Shown one piece after another: positions 11,288 through 20,316 of a stretch of DNA of 64,000 nt (position 1 is its first letter; the number at the start of each line of letters is the position of its first letter). The stretch covers positions 6,965-70,964 of the forward strand of contig DASPSI010000049.1 in assembly GCA_035624015.1 (NCBI GenBank). Reading direction: 5' to 3'. The notes beneath the pieces are model-generated. The model did no database searches. It was not told the DNA's origin and worked only from the letters and a program-made list of their open reading frames with translations. Source of the stretch: Methylocystis sp. GTDB taxonomy: Bacteria > Pseudomonadota > Alphaproteobacteria > Rhizobiales > Beijerinckiaceae. The translations under genes and the position numbers were made by a program.

Positions 11288-12271
11288 TTATGTCCCAAGA
11301 ACACTGGTTATCGCTATCTCGATATCGCTTGAGCAAATTTCGTACAGATATAGATACGCCATTATTATTACCTCCATCTCGTCGAGGCTGAAAAAATACC
11401 AATAGGATTCTGAGAATCCATATACGATTTGGTGATAATGTATTTCCATGAGCTTGCCTTGCGACAATCTATCAATATTTCCTCCTGCGGTGTCCGCCAA
11501 TAAAATAAGTCGGATTTGCAGTTCGCCCTTCAGGGGAAGATATATAAGCTCTTTCCAGCTTTCGACGTAAAAAGCCAGGCTCCAACCCGGAGCGACGGGC
11601 TTTATATAGATCGGATAATGGGCCTTGGATCTTTTTTCATCGAAATGAAAGCCTAAATCTGCAGAATATTTCTCAAAGCAGTAATTATAGAAAGCTATCC
11701 TTCCTTCATGGCTGAAATGAAACAGCTTAGAGTCTCCTGAGCGCTTTTGTTCGGCCTCGTCCTCGATGAAATTTCTCTTAGCTTCCTGAATCCTCAAAAA
11801 TCCCTCCGTCGGTTGACACCTTTCTTTCCACTCGGCAAGAAGCTTGCGCTCCTGGCACGGGTCTCCCGACCACTTCCAATAGTCGTTTGGATATTTCGCT
11901 ATTAATTCGTGTTCAGACGAAACCCCCTTTCGCAACCATAGTGCTCGCCGAAGCTCGTTAAGAAGGGCGGACTCGTAGCGATACTTTGATTCTCCAACAT
12001 TTGGTATAAACGGTGACGGGCTTGCGATGTTGGTCTTGGCCCCTTCAATTACTATTCTTCGATGAAGCGCGATCTCCTCAGGATTGCCAAACGATTCGAT
12101 GTAATCCGTGTAGGCGGTGAAAGCGCGAAATCCATGCGCGCAAAGTGCGTCATATTTTTCATAAGATTTATCAACCAAGGGGACCAATTTCTCGCAGATC
12201 GCGTTTGCTTGTGTGAGGCTGAGGGTCGCCTTCTTAGACACCACGAATTCTCCAGCTTGCTTATTAGCCAT
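11288..12271 (-). CDS. AT-rich hypothetical protein, possible orphan immunity protein
   Basis: Long ORF (open to 12313) in low-GC DNA, co-oriented downstream of the Rhs toxin-immunity pair. Confidence 0.7.
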   Translation of the reverse strand: MANKQAGEFVVSKKATLSLTQANAICEKLVPLVDKSYEKYDALCAHGFRAFTAYTDYIESFGNPEEIALHRRIVIEGAKTNIASPSPFIPNVGESKYRYESALLNELRRALWLRKGVSSEHELIAKYPNDYWKWSGDPCQERKLLAEWKERCQPTEGFLRIQEAKRNFIEDEAEQKRSGDSKLFHFSHEGRIAFYNYCFEKYSADLGFHFDEKRSKAHYPIYIKPVAPGWSLAFYVESWKELIYLPLKGELQIRLILLADTAGGNIDRLSQGKLMEIHYHQIVYGFSESYWYFFSLDEMEVIIMAYLYLYEICSSDIEIAITSVLGT

Positions 12272-12431
12272 CGTGTCCGCCGAGCGTCCCCGGGCGAGAA
12301 ACGTGCCGCTCACAGTCCACTTAACTGCGCGCTTCTATACCTGATCGATCAAGTGAGGATTGACTCCAAGTCTATAGTTGCGCTGGCATTACCGTAACCG
12401 GTAACACCGCTCTCCTTCCTGCGGCACGTAA

Positions 12432-13040
12432 TCAAATTATTAGAAAATCGTAGGAGTGAACGGCAGCTCTAGCTCTCAATTTCGTAAGCTCTTCGCGCCA
12501 TTCGCTCTGGTGCGCTAACGCATTGAGATCATCCAGGTCTTTTTGCTGTTGTGCTAACTCCTGTTGAACTAAAGGATGGTCGATGATACGTTTTTCTGCG
12601 CCAACCTCACTCGTATCTATTTTATCTCTGTTAATCACGAAATGATCTATAGCCTCGTACGCGCGTCTTGCTGCCCAAGCGGCTTCTTGACTTTCGCCGT
12701 TTTGCTGGGCGCGAAGGGCATATGCTACGGACGCGACTGCATCCTCAGCATAGGCTCTTAGGCTCGACCATTGGCCCTCATCGTCGGCTTGAATAAGAGT
12801 CATGCACAGATCCAAATCGCTTTGGATCTCCTCGCCAGTGATCGGCTCGCCGTTAAGGGCAAGCCAAAGCCTGCCGAGTATTGATGTAAGTTTAGCGGCG
12901 TCCAAGCTTCCAAGACGCCCAGCAAATGCGGCATAGGCTGGCGCCAGACGTTCGGCGCAAAGCGCTGCAAAAGCGGTCCGTAACTCTCTAGGTAGAGCGT
13001 CAAGCATCTTTATGAGATGGGATTCGTCATAGATCATCAT
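12432..13040 (-). CDS. DUF416/YjaG-like protein, probable cognate immunity protein
   Basis: AFAALCAERLAPAY...LW and C-terminal HPLVQQELAQQ pattern; starts 11 bp after the Rhs stop with a GGAG SD. Confidence 0.72.
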   Translation of the reverse strand: MMIYDESHLIKMLDALPRELRTAFAALCAERLAPAYAAFAGRLGSLDAAKLTSILGRLWLALNGEPITGEEIQSDLDLCMTLIQADDEGQWSSLRAYAEDAVASVAYALRAQQNGESQEAAWAARRAYEAIDHFVINRDKIDTSEVGAEKRIIDHPLVQQELAQQQKDLDDLNALAHQSEWREELTKLRARAAVHSYDFLII

Positions 13041-13051
13041 GAGAACTCCCT

Positions 13052-16000
13052 TTACGGTCCAAAAGTCGCAGTCGTTGGGCTTGTAAGGGTTCCCCCATTT
13101 GCCTCAATCACCGCTGCGCACGCAGGACAAATTGCCCTGGTGGTAGCAAGGGTTTCTGGAATAAGCCCTCCCGCTCTCGCAGCGGACAACGCGGTGATTT
13201 CCGCATGGGCGCCCGGAAGCGTCGCTGCAATTTCGCCAGGCCCTAATAGTGCCCGCTGTGCGGGCGCTAAGTCTCGGGCGCCTCCAGCGATAATATCGCC
13301 ACCACTTGTACGAAGTATGGCTGTTGTTCTTTGGGCCTGAGCTATGGGATCGAGCGCGCTGTGAATTTCCTGCGCTCGCGCTGCGAGTGCCCCTGACTCG
13401 CCCACTCCACCCACGCCCAGAACCGCCTCACCACCCAGAAGCGCCCCTGTACCGATAGCAGGAACCGACCAGAAAGCCAACTTGGCGCCAACCGTGGTCG
13501 TTCCGACCCGCTCACCCGTATCCCAATCATATACCGGCGCCGGCCTCGCCAAGGCTCCAGAAACCGCGGCGATCATGGCGTTGATGGCGCCTGCCGCACC
13601 CGCCACGCGATCGGCGCTCAGCCCGAGCGGATCGACGAAGCCGAGCGGATTATTCCCCACATAGGCGTATGTGTTGATCCCGCCCGCGAGCCCGATCGGA
13701 TCGCTCTCGAGATAGCGCCCGAGCGTGGGGGAATAGTCGCGAAACCCGTTGTAGTGCAGCCCCGTCTCTGCGTCAAAATACTGGCCCGGAAAGCGCAGAT
13801 TGTGGGTGAAGCCCGCCGCCGAGGCTGGCGCGCCGACGCCGAAGGGATCGTGGTCCCAGAACCAGACCTGGCTGTTCGCGAAATTCACGATCTGATGCGG
13901 CGCGCCGAGATGGTCCGGGGCGATCCAATAGGCCGAGCCGCCCTGAAGCGAGGCGATCGGCAGCGACCCGAGCCAGACGATCTCCTCGCTCGCGGCGCCG
14001 TTCGCGCCATAGCTCCCGACGAGCCGCCCCGCGAGGTCGTAGGCATATTCGACCTGTCCGCTCGCGGGCCCGCTCTTCGAGACGCGCTGGCCGAGCGCGT
14101 TGACGCCATAGGTCGTGACCAGCGCGCCCACGGTCGCGCTCGAGAGCCTCCCGCGCGCATCGTAGGCGAAGCCGAAGCTCGAGACCGAAGCCGCGTCGGA
14201 TTTCGTGTTGCCGTCGGGATCGTAAGCGAAGCTCTGGGAGCTCGCGCCGCTGATGGTCGATAGCTGGTTGCTCGTCGCCGCGTAAGAGAAGGTCTGCGCG
14301 GCGGAGCCCGCGCCCGTCGCCGAATAGGACGTGCGATTGCCGGACAGGTCGTAGGCGTAGCTTTGCGTCGTCGACCCGTAGACGTAAGAGGTCAGCCGAT
14401 CGCTCGTGTCATAGCCGAAGCTCTTGGTCGAGAGTCCGCTCTCGGCGATCGATGTGATCCGGGAGCCCGCGTCGTAAGCCAGCGTCTGCGTCCCGCCGCC
14501 GGGCAGGCTTATGCCCGCGACTCGCCCGTCGCCGTCGAAGCTGCGGGCATAGACCGCGCCGCTCGCCGCGTACCAGGAGGCGACGGGGCCGAAGGCGGAA
14601 TAGGAAATCTGCCCGACGAGCGTCGCGGCAGAGCCTGCGGGCGGCTGCAAGCCGATCGTGCTCGGGCGCGCGTCGGCGTCGTAGGAATAGAGGACCGTGT
14701 AGCCCGAAGGATAGGTCGCGCTCGTGAGCAGACCGTTCGACGAATTGTAAGTCCAGCTCGTCGTCAACGTGACGGCGCCGGTCGTTTGCGTCTTCTGCAC
14801 GACATGGCCGAAGGCGTCGTACGCCCAGCTCGTCGTTCCGGTCCAATCGGTCAGGGAGGTGAGATGGCCGACGCCATAGGCGCCCAGGTCGTAGCCGTAG
14901 GTCGCGGTCGAGCCGTCGGCGTAGGTCGCCTTCACGAGCCGGTTCAGCGCGTCATAGACGAAGGTCGTCGTCTGGCCGCGCGCGTCGGTCGACGTGAGCA
15001 AATTGCCCGCGGCGTCGAAGGTGTTGGCGGTCGCGCCGGCATCGGGGCTAGCGATCGCCGTCTGCCCCCCGAGCCCATTGTTCGTGTAGCTCGTGACCAC
15101 GCCGCGCGGGTCGGTCACGCTCGCGACGCGGTTGTTGACGTCGTAGATGAATGAGGTGATGGCGGCGACGACGCAAGGCCGAAAACCGCAAAGGACAGTG
15201 TGCCCCGGATCGCTCCTCTGCGTGACTCGGTTGAGCGCATCATAGGACACAGAGGTCGAATTGCCGTTGGGGTCTTGAGCGCCGACGACATTGGCGTTGC
15301 TATCGTAGGAGAGCGTCGAGGTCTGGCCCGCCGCGCCTATGTCCTGATACAGGCGACCGTAGCCGTCATAGACGCGGCTGTGCGTGCGCGCCAGCGCGCC
15401 GCTCGGACTGAAGACCTGCGACTTGATCCTGTTTCCCGCCGCGTCCAGCGTCAAGGCGATGCTGTTGCCGAGCCCGTCACTGACGCCGATGAGCCGATGC
15501 GCCGCGTCATAGCTGAAATTCGACACGGTGCCCGAGGGCGAGGTTACCTGGGTGAGCTGGCCGGCCCTGTCGTAACTGTAGGTGGTCGTCTGCCCCTGCG
15601 TGACGCTCGAGAGCACCTGGCCGCGGAAATTATAGGTCAGCGCGGTGACGATGCCGTTCGGGTCCTGAATTGTCAGCGGCCGCCCGCTGGCGTCATAGTT
15701 CGTTAGGGAGACGACCTGTCCGAGCGCATTGGTCACGCTCGAAAGATCGCCCATCGAATCATAGGCGTAGCTCGTCACATGGCCGAGAGGGTCCGTCGCC
15801 GTCAAAACCTGACCCGCGCCGTTGTAAGTGTAACTCTTCGTCCTGGTCGTCGTCGGCGTGACGGTCGTCGACGTCAGCAGATTTCCGCTGGCGTCATAGG
15901 TGAAGTTGCGGGTGCGGGAGCCGTTCACGGTCTGCGTCGGCAGGCGGAACGTCGGGTGCCAGGTCGTCGTGGACGTCTGGGCGATGGACGCGCCATAGGC

Positions 16001-17416
16001 CCGCGTCCGCGACGTGGGCAGGTTGCGCGTCGTGTCGTAAGCGAAGGTCGTCTGGTAGCCGTTGAAATCCGTAACGCTCGTCAGATTGCCGTTGCCGTCA
16101 TAAGCGAATTGCTCCGAGCCGCCGCCGGCTCCGGCCGGGCAGTTGGAGCAGGAGCGCGAATCCTGGAGCTGCTTTGCAAGGCCGTCGATGCTCGCGATCG
16201 TGAACTGGTGCTGGCCGCCGAGCGGGGTCGTGACCGTGACGACGCCGTTCGAGCCCGAGGCGCTGATATTCGACACTGTGAACAGGTCTGCGCCGCCAGC
16301 ATGCTGAGTGGAAGTCGCGCGTCCATTCGAAGCATAGGCATAGGTCGCGTAGCGGGAGCCGTTCTCGTCAACCACGCCCGTAAGCTGGTTCGAGGTGGCG
16401 CCGTTCTCGTAAAGGTACTGCAGCTTCGAGCCGTCGGGATAGGTCACCGACGTCAAACGATTGCTGGAATCGTAGCCGTATGCGTAGACGCCCCCATCGG
16501 GAGCCGTCGCCTGCGATATGAGTGAGCTCGAGTTGTATGAGAAGGCGAGCGTGCGCCCATAGGCGTCCTCGGCAGACGTCAAACGGTTCTGTCCGTCGTA
16601 GGCGAAGCTTTGCGCCAGGCCGGCGCGATTGGCGTAAGAGAGCAGATTTCCGGCGGAATTATAGGTTTCGGTTTCATCCTTATCTGTGATCAGCGTGAAG
16701 CCGGAAGCCGTCTGAGTCAGGCGGAAATTCGCGTAAACCGGGGCTGCCCAAAGACCGCCCGAGGACGTGAAGGTCATGACCATCCCGTCGTCACGCGTGA
16801 CCGTGGCGGTCGACCCGCTGACCGAAATGGAGCGGCTGTAGGAAGAACGCCAATTGTTGCCGAGCGAGTGGAGTCCGCCCGTGTCCAGGCTGTTGTAATA
16901 GCGGACGAGCGCGAGAGGGAAGCGGCCAATCGTCGTGTAGTCCGTCTGGACCTCATAGGCGTCGCCGGTGGCGATGTTGATCGGATCCCCAACACCATTC
17001 CCGCGAGGATTGCCCCGATTCTGGCTCAGGCCGGAACTGTCGGAAAGGGACGAGGCGCTTCCGCTCGAACTCGTCGAAAGGTCAGAGCCGCCCTGGTTCA
17101 GGGCGACGACACTCGTCGAAAGATTAGAGCCGCCGGAGCTGCTAAAGCTGGGAGGGCTGCCAACGCTATCGAGAATGTCGACGAGAGCTATGTCATAGAG
17201 GGCGCTTTCCTCGCTGCTGCTGATATTGAAGCTGTCGGAGCCCGCGGCGTCGCTATATATAACGAAATCGCCTGAGTCTTCTTGAGCTTGCGCGGAACGC
17301 GTCAGCCCCACTGGCCACATTTGACCAAGCTTGGACTTCGATTCCGGAATGTCGACCCCCGAAATCAACAGGCATAGTAATAGCTTGAGAACTGACTCCA
17401 GAAACCTCTTGCTCAT
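13052..17416 (-). CDS. Rhs/YD-repeat polymorphic toxin with C-terminal zinc deaminase-like domain
   Basis: GDPINIATG (DUF6531-like), many YD repeats, LRFPGQYFDAETGLHYN...NPLGFVDPLGL core end, C-terminal HAE and ICPAC; ATG 17416 has a GGAG SD (ORF open to 17509). Confidence 0.93.
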   Translation of the reverse strand: MSKRFLESVLKLLLCLLISGVDIPESKSKLGQMWPVGLTRSAQAQEDSGDFVIYSDAAGSDSFNISSSEESALYDIALVDILDSVGSPPSFSSSGGSNLSTSVVALNQGGSDLSTSSSGSASSLSDSSGLSQNRGNPRGNGVGDPINIATGDAYEVQTDYTTIGRFPLALVRYYNSLDTGGLHSLGNNWRSSYSRSISVSGSTATVTRDDGMVMTFTSSGGLWAAPVYANFRLTQTASGFTLITDKDETETYNSAGNLLSYANRAGLAQSFAYDGQNRLTSAEDAYGRTLAFSYNSSSLISQATAPDGGVYAYGYDSSNRLTSVTYPDGSKLQYLYENGATSNQLTGVVDENGSRYATYAYASNGRATSTQHAGGADLFTVSNISASGSNGVVTVTTPLGGQHQFTIASIDGLAKQLQDSRSCSNCPAGAGGGSEQFAYDGNGNLTSVTDFNGYQTTFAYDTTRNLPTSRTRAYGASIAQTSTTTWHPTFRLPTQTVNGSRTRNFTYDASGNLLTSTTVTPTTTRTKSYTYNGAGQVLTATDPLGHVTSYAYDSMGDLSSVTNALGQVVSLTNYDASGRPLTIQDPNGIVTALTYNFRGQVLSSVTQGQTTTYSYDRAGQLTQVTSPSGTVSNFSYDAAHRLIGVSDGLGNSIALTLDAAGNRIKSQVFSPSGALARTHSRVYDGYGRLYQDIGAAGQTSTLSYDSNANVVGAQDPNGNSTSVSYDALNRVTQRSDPGHTVLCGFRPCVVAAITSFIYDVNNRVASVTDPRGVVTSYTNNGLGGQTAIASPDAGATANTFDAAGNLLTSTDARGQTTTFVYDALNRLVKATYADGSTATYGYDLGAYGVGHLTSLTDWTGTTSWAYDAFGHVVQKTQTTGAVTLTTSWTYNSSNGLLTSATYPSGYTVLYSYDADARPSTIGLQPPAGSAATLVGQISYSAFGPVASWYAASGAVYARSFDGDGRVAGISLPGGGTQTLAYDAGSRITSIAESGLSTKSFGYDTSDRLTSYVYGSTTQSYAYDLSGNRTSYSATGAGSAAQTFSYAATSNQLSTISGASSQSFAYDPDGNTKSDAASVSSFGFAYDARGRLSSATVGALVTTYGVNALGQRVSKSGPASGQVEYAYDLAGRLVGSYGANGAASEEIVWLGSLPIASLQGGSAYWIAPDHLGAPHQIVNFANSQVWFWDHDPFGVGAPASAAGFTHNLRFPGQYFDAETGLHYNGFRDYSPTLGRYLESDPIGLAGGINTYAYVGNNPLGFVDPLGLSADRVAGAAGAINAMIAAVSGALARPAPVYDWDTGERVGTTTVGAKLAFWSVPAIGTGALLGGEAVLGVGGVGESGALAARAQEIHSALDPIAQAQRTTAILRTSGGDIIAGGARDLAPAQRALLGPGEIAATLPGAHAEITALSAARAGGLIPETLATTRAICPACAAVIEANGGTLTSPTTATFGP

Positions 17417-17795
17417 ATTTGGTCTCCATCGTGTGCGGTGGACATGTTTTGCATACGCTTGACAAAGTAGGGAGATACGCCACCAACCATGTTTATCTGT
17501 TAGCCTCATATTATAGTGGTTCTGCGGATCTCCAAAGGTCTCTCACATTCCCGGTCAAAGCGGGACCTCCGACGGGACATGTTATTATATTCACAGCTGC
17601 AAAAGTTGCAGCTATGTTTTCTTTGCCATTGTCATTTATTGAAGTTTGCTTGGCCGCTTGAGTCAAGCTCACGACGGGGGACCCGTCATTTTTGACGGGG
17701 GGCAATAAGTTTTGGGTTTTACTATCGCGGCATAACCGCGATTGCGACGAATCAGCGAACGCAAAAACGAATGGGGATTCGCGCCTTCGGAGAAG

Positions 17796-17804
17796 TTATC
17801 CACA
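17796..17804 (+). promoter_or_regulatory. Single consensus DnaA box
   Basis: TTATCCACA in the rhs-degP intergenic region. Confidence 0.3.
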
Positions 17805-18071
17805 GCTTAATTTGCGCAGCAGGCTCATTCCACCGGCTCGACCGCCAGGATCTCAACGCCAAATGTTCCGCAACGCTCCGCCGCGCCCGAGAGTCAGGCG
17901 GCGTCGCACGACCGCAACGCCCAAGCCTCCCGCCGCGCCTGCGCCTTACGAAAGTTTCATCCGCCCTCCACTGGCGCGTGAAGCGGAATCTCCCATGTTG
18001 CGGGGCGGAAGATGCCGGGATCGCTCTCCTGAAGACTTCCGTCCTGCGGTCCTCTATCCAGTGGAATCGAA

Positions 18072-19559
18072 ATGCACAGTTCCGCCCTCCGCCGCTTGCG
18101 CCGTCCGCTTCGAGCCGCGCTGCTTTGCGCCGGCGCCGCTCTCGCCCTGGCGGCAGGTGTTCATGGCCTCCAGCCTTCAAGCGCCGCCCGCGCCGAGGCG
18201 CCGCTGTCGGAGGCCGTTGCGCCGGCGTCGGGTCCCGCCTCCTTCGCCGACGTGGTCGAGCGCGTGAAGGGCGCCGTCGTCGCCATCAAGGTCAAGTCGG
18301 TCGAGGTCGGGCAGGCCTTTCCCGAGGGGGGGCCGGAACTCTCGCCGGACGACCCCTTCTACGAGTTTTTCAAGCGCTTCGGTGAAGGCCAGGGCCGCCC
18401 GCGCCGACAGCTCTTGCAGTCGCAAGGCTCCGGCTTCGTCATCAGCCCCGACGGCTATGTCGTGACCAACAACCACGTCGTCGAGCACGCGACCGAGGTC
18501 GAGGTCGTCTTTGACGGCGGCAAGACGCTGCCGGCCAAGATCGTCGGCACGGACAAGCGCACCGATCTCGCGCTGCTCAAGCTCAATGTCGGCGACAAGC
18601 TCCCCTACGTCGAGTGGTCGACGACGCCGCCGCGCATCGGTGATTGGGTGATCGCGATCGGCAACCCCTTTGGCCTCGGCGGCACGGTGACCGCAGGCAT
18701 CGTCTCGGCCCGCGGGCGCGACATCGGCGCCGGCCCTTACGACGATTTCTTGCAGATCGACGCGCCCGTCAACCGCGGCAATTCCGGCGGCCCGGCCTTC
18801 GACACCCATGGCGCCGTGATCGGCGTGAACACGGCGATCTATTCGCCCTCCGGCGGCTCGGTCGGCATCGGCTTCGCGATCCCGACGGAAGTCGCCAAGG
18901 ACGTGATCGCGACGCTCAAGGACAAGCACAGCGTCACGCGCGGCTGGATCGGCGTCAGCATCCAGCCGCTCACCCAGGACATCGCCGACGGCATGGGGCT
19001 GAAATCCGCCAAGGGCGCGCTGATCGCCCAGCCCGTCAGAGGCGGGCCGGCGGAGAGCGCAGGCCTTAAGGCCGGCGACGTCATCGTGGCGGTGGACGGC
19101 GCCAAGATCGACACGGCGCGCGAACTGCAGCGCAAGATCGGCGGCTTGCCGCCCGGCGCGCCCGTCGAGTTGACCTATCTGCGCGCCGGCGCGGAAAAGA
19201 AAGCGAGCGTCAAGCTCGGCACTTTGCCGGATCAGAAGGAGGCGCGCGCGGAGATCGGCCCCCCCGACCGTGAAAGCCACGCCATGGCCGACCTTGGGAT
19301 CGACGTCGCGCCGGCGTCCCGCCTAGGACGCGGCGGGGAGGGACTTTATGTCGTCGACGTCGACCCCGAGGGCCGCGCCGCGCAAAAAGGAATTCGCCGC
19401 GGGGACGTGATTCTGGAGGCCGGCGGCCAAAGCGTGAGCGACTCGGCCGACCTCGCCCACGCTTTCGACGCCGCGCGCAAGGACGGTCGCCGTTCGGTCC
19501 TGTTGCGCGTAAAATCCGTAGAAGGCGTTCGATTCGTCGCAGTGCCTGTCGAGGGATGA
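18072..19559 (+). CDS. Do/DegP-family periplasmic serine protease (HtrA)
   Basis: Signal peptide, TNNHVV, DLALLK, GNSGGP, two PDZ domains. Confidence 0.96.
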   Translation: MHSSALRRLRRPLRAALLCAGAALALAAGVHGLQPSSAARAEAPLSEAVAPASGPASFADVVERVKGAVVAIKVKSVEVGQAFPEGGPELSPDDPFYEFFKRFGEGQGRPRRQLLQSQGSGFVISPDGYVVTNNHVVEHATEVEVVFDGGKTLPAKIVGTDKRTDLALLKLNVGDKLPYVEWSTTPPRIGDWVIAIGNPFGLGGTVTAGIVSARGRDIGAGPYDDFLQIDAPVNRGNSGGPAFDTHGAVIGVNTAIYSPSGGSVGIGFAIPTEVAKDVIATLKDKHSVTRGWIGVSIQPLTQDIADGMGLKSAKGALIAQPVRGGPAESAGLKAGDVIVAVDGAKIDTARELQRKIGGLPPGAPVELTYLRAGAEKKASVKLGTLPDQKEARAEIGPPDRESHAMADLGIDVAPASRLGRGGEGLYVVDVDPEGRAAQKGIRRGDVILEAGGQSVSDSADLAHAFDAARKDGRRSVLLRVKSVEGVRFVAVPVEG

Positions 19560-19614
19560 CAGAAGGGATGACAGAAGACGGAGGAAATCAAAGCTCCGTC
19601 GTCTGTTTTCCGTT
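19554..19614. repeat. Heptamer-type repeat hairpin overlapping the degP stop
   Basis: GGATGACAGAAG x2, ACGGAG ... CTCCGTC GTCTGTT TTCCGTT. Confidence 0.6.
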
Positions 19615-19632
19615 ATGTGCGGACTATAGCCA

Positions 19633-20316
19633 ATGAAATTGCTTATCATCGAGGACGACGCCGAAGCCGGCGCTTATCTGGTCAAAGCGTTTCGCGAGCA
19701 GGGCCACGCGGCCGACCTCGTAACCGACGGCGTCGAGGGCTACGCCCTCGCGCGCGAGGAGGCCCACGACGTGCTCGTCGTCGACCGCATGCTGCCCAAG
19801 CTCGACGGGCTTTCGCTGATCAAGAGCCTGCGGGAGCAGAAAGTGCAGACGCCGGCGCTGATCCTGTCGGCGCTGGGACAGGTCGACGACCGAGTCAAGG
19901 GCCTGCGGGCGGGCGGGGACGACTATCTCTCCAAGCCCTACGCCTTCTCGGAACTTTTGGCGCGCGTCGAGGCGCTGGCGCGCCGGCGCTCGGGCGGCCG
20001 CGGCGAGGACACGCACTACCGCGTCGGCGATCTCGAGCTCGATCGCCTTTCGCACCAGGCCACGATCGCCGGCAAGGAGATCCCATTGCAGCCGCGCGAA
20101 TATCGCCTGCTCGAATATCTCATGAGGCACGCGGGGCAGGTGGTCACCCGCACCATGCTGTTAGAGAACGTCTGGGACTATCATTTCGACCCGCAGACCA
20201 ATGTCATCGACGTGCATATCTCGCGGCTGCGCGCCAAGATCGACAAGGGCCGCGAGACGCCCCTGCTGCACACGGTTCGCGGCGCCGGATACATGATCCG
20301 TGAAGCCGTCAAGTAA
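19633..20316 (+). CDS. OmpR-family response regulator
   Basis: IIEDD, DRMLP, GGDDYLSKP, winged helix (HTVRGAGY). Confidence 0.96.
   Translation: MKLLIIEDDAEAGAYLVKAFREQGHAADLVTDGVEGYALAREEAHDVLVVDRMLPKLDGLSLIKSLREQKVQTPALILSALGQVDDRVKGLRAGGDDYLSKPYAFSELLARVEALARRRSGGRGEDTHYRVGDLELDRLSHQATIAGKEIPLQPREYRLLEYLMRHAGQVVTRTMLLENVWDYHFDPQTNVIDVHISRLRAKIDKGRETPLLHTVRGAGYMIREAVK

Noticed and set aside
17796-17804. Replication origin
   Set aside because: Only one DnaA box and no origin-associated genes
11016-18071. Rhs block as an integrative element
   Set aside because: No integrase, transposase, tRNA or flanking direct repeats found; the Rhs core has host-like GC
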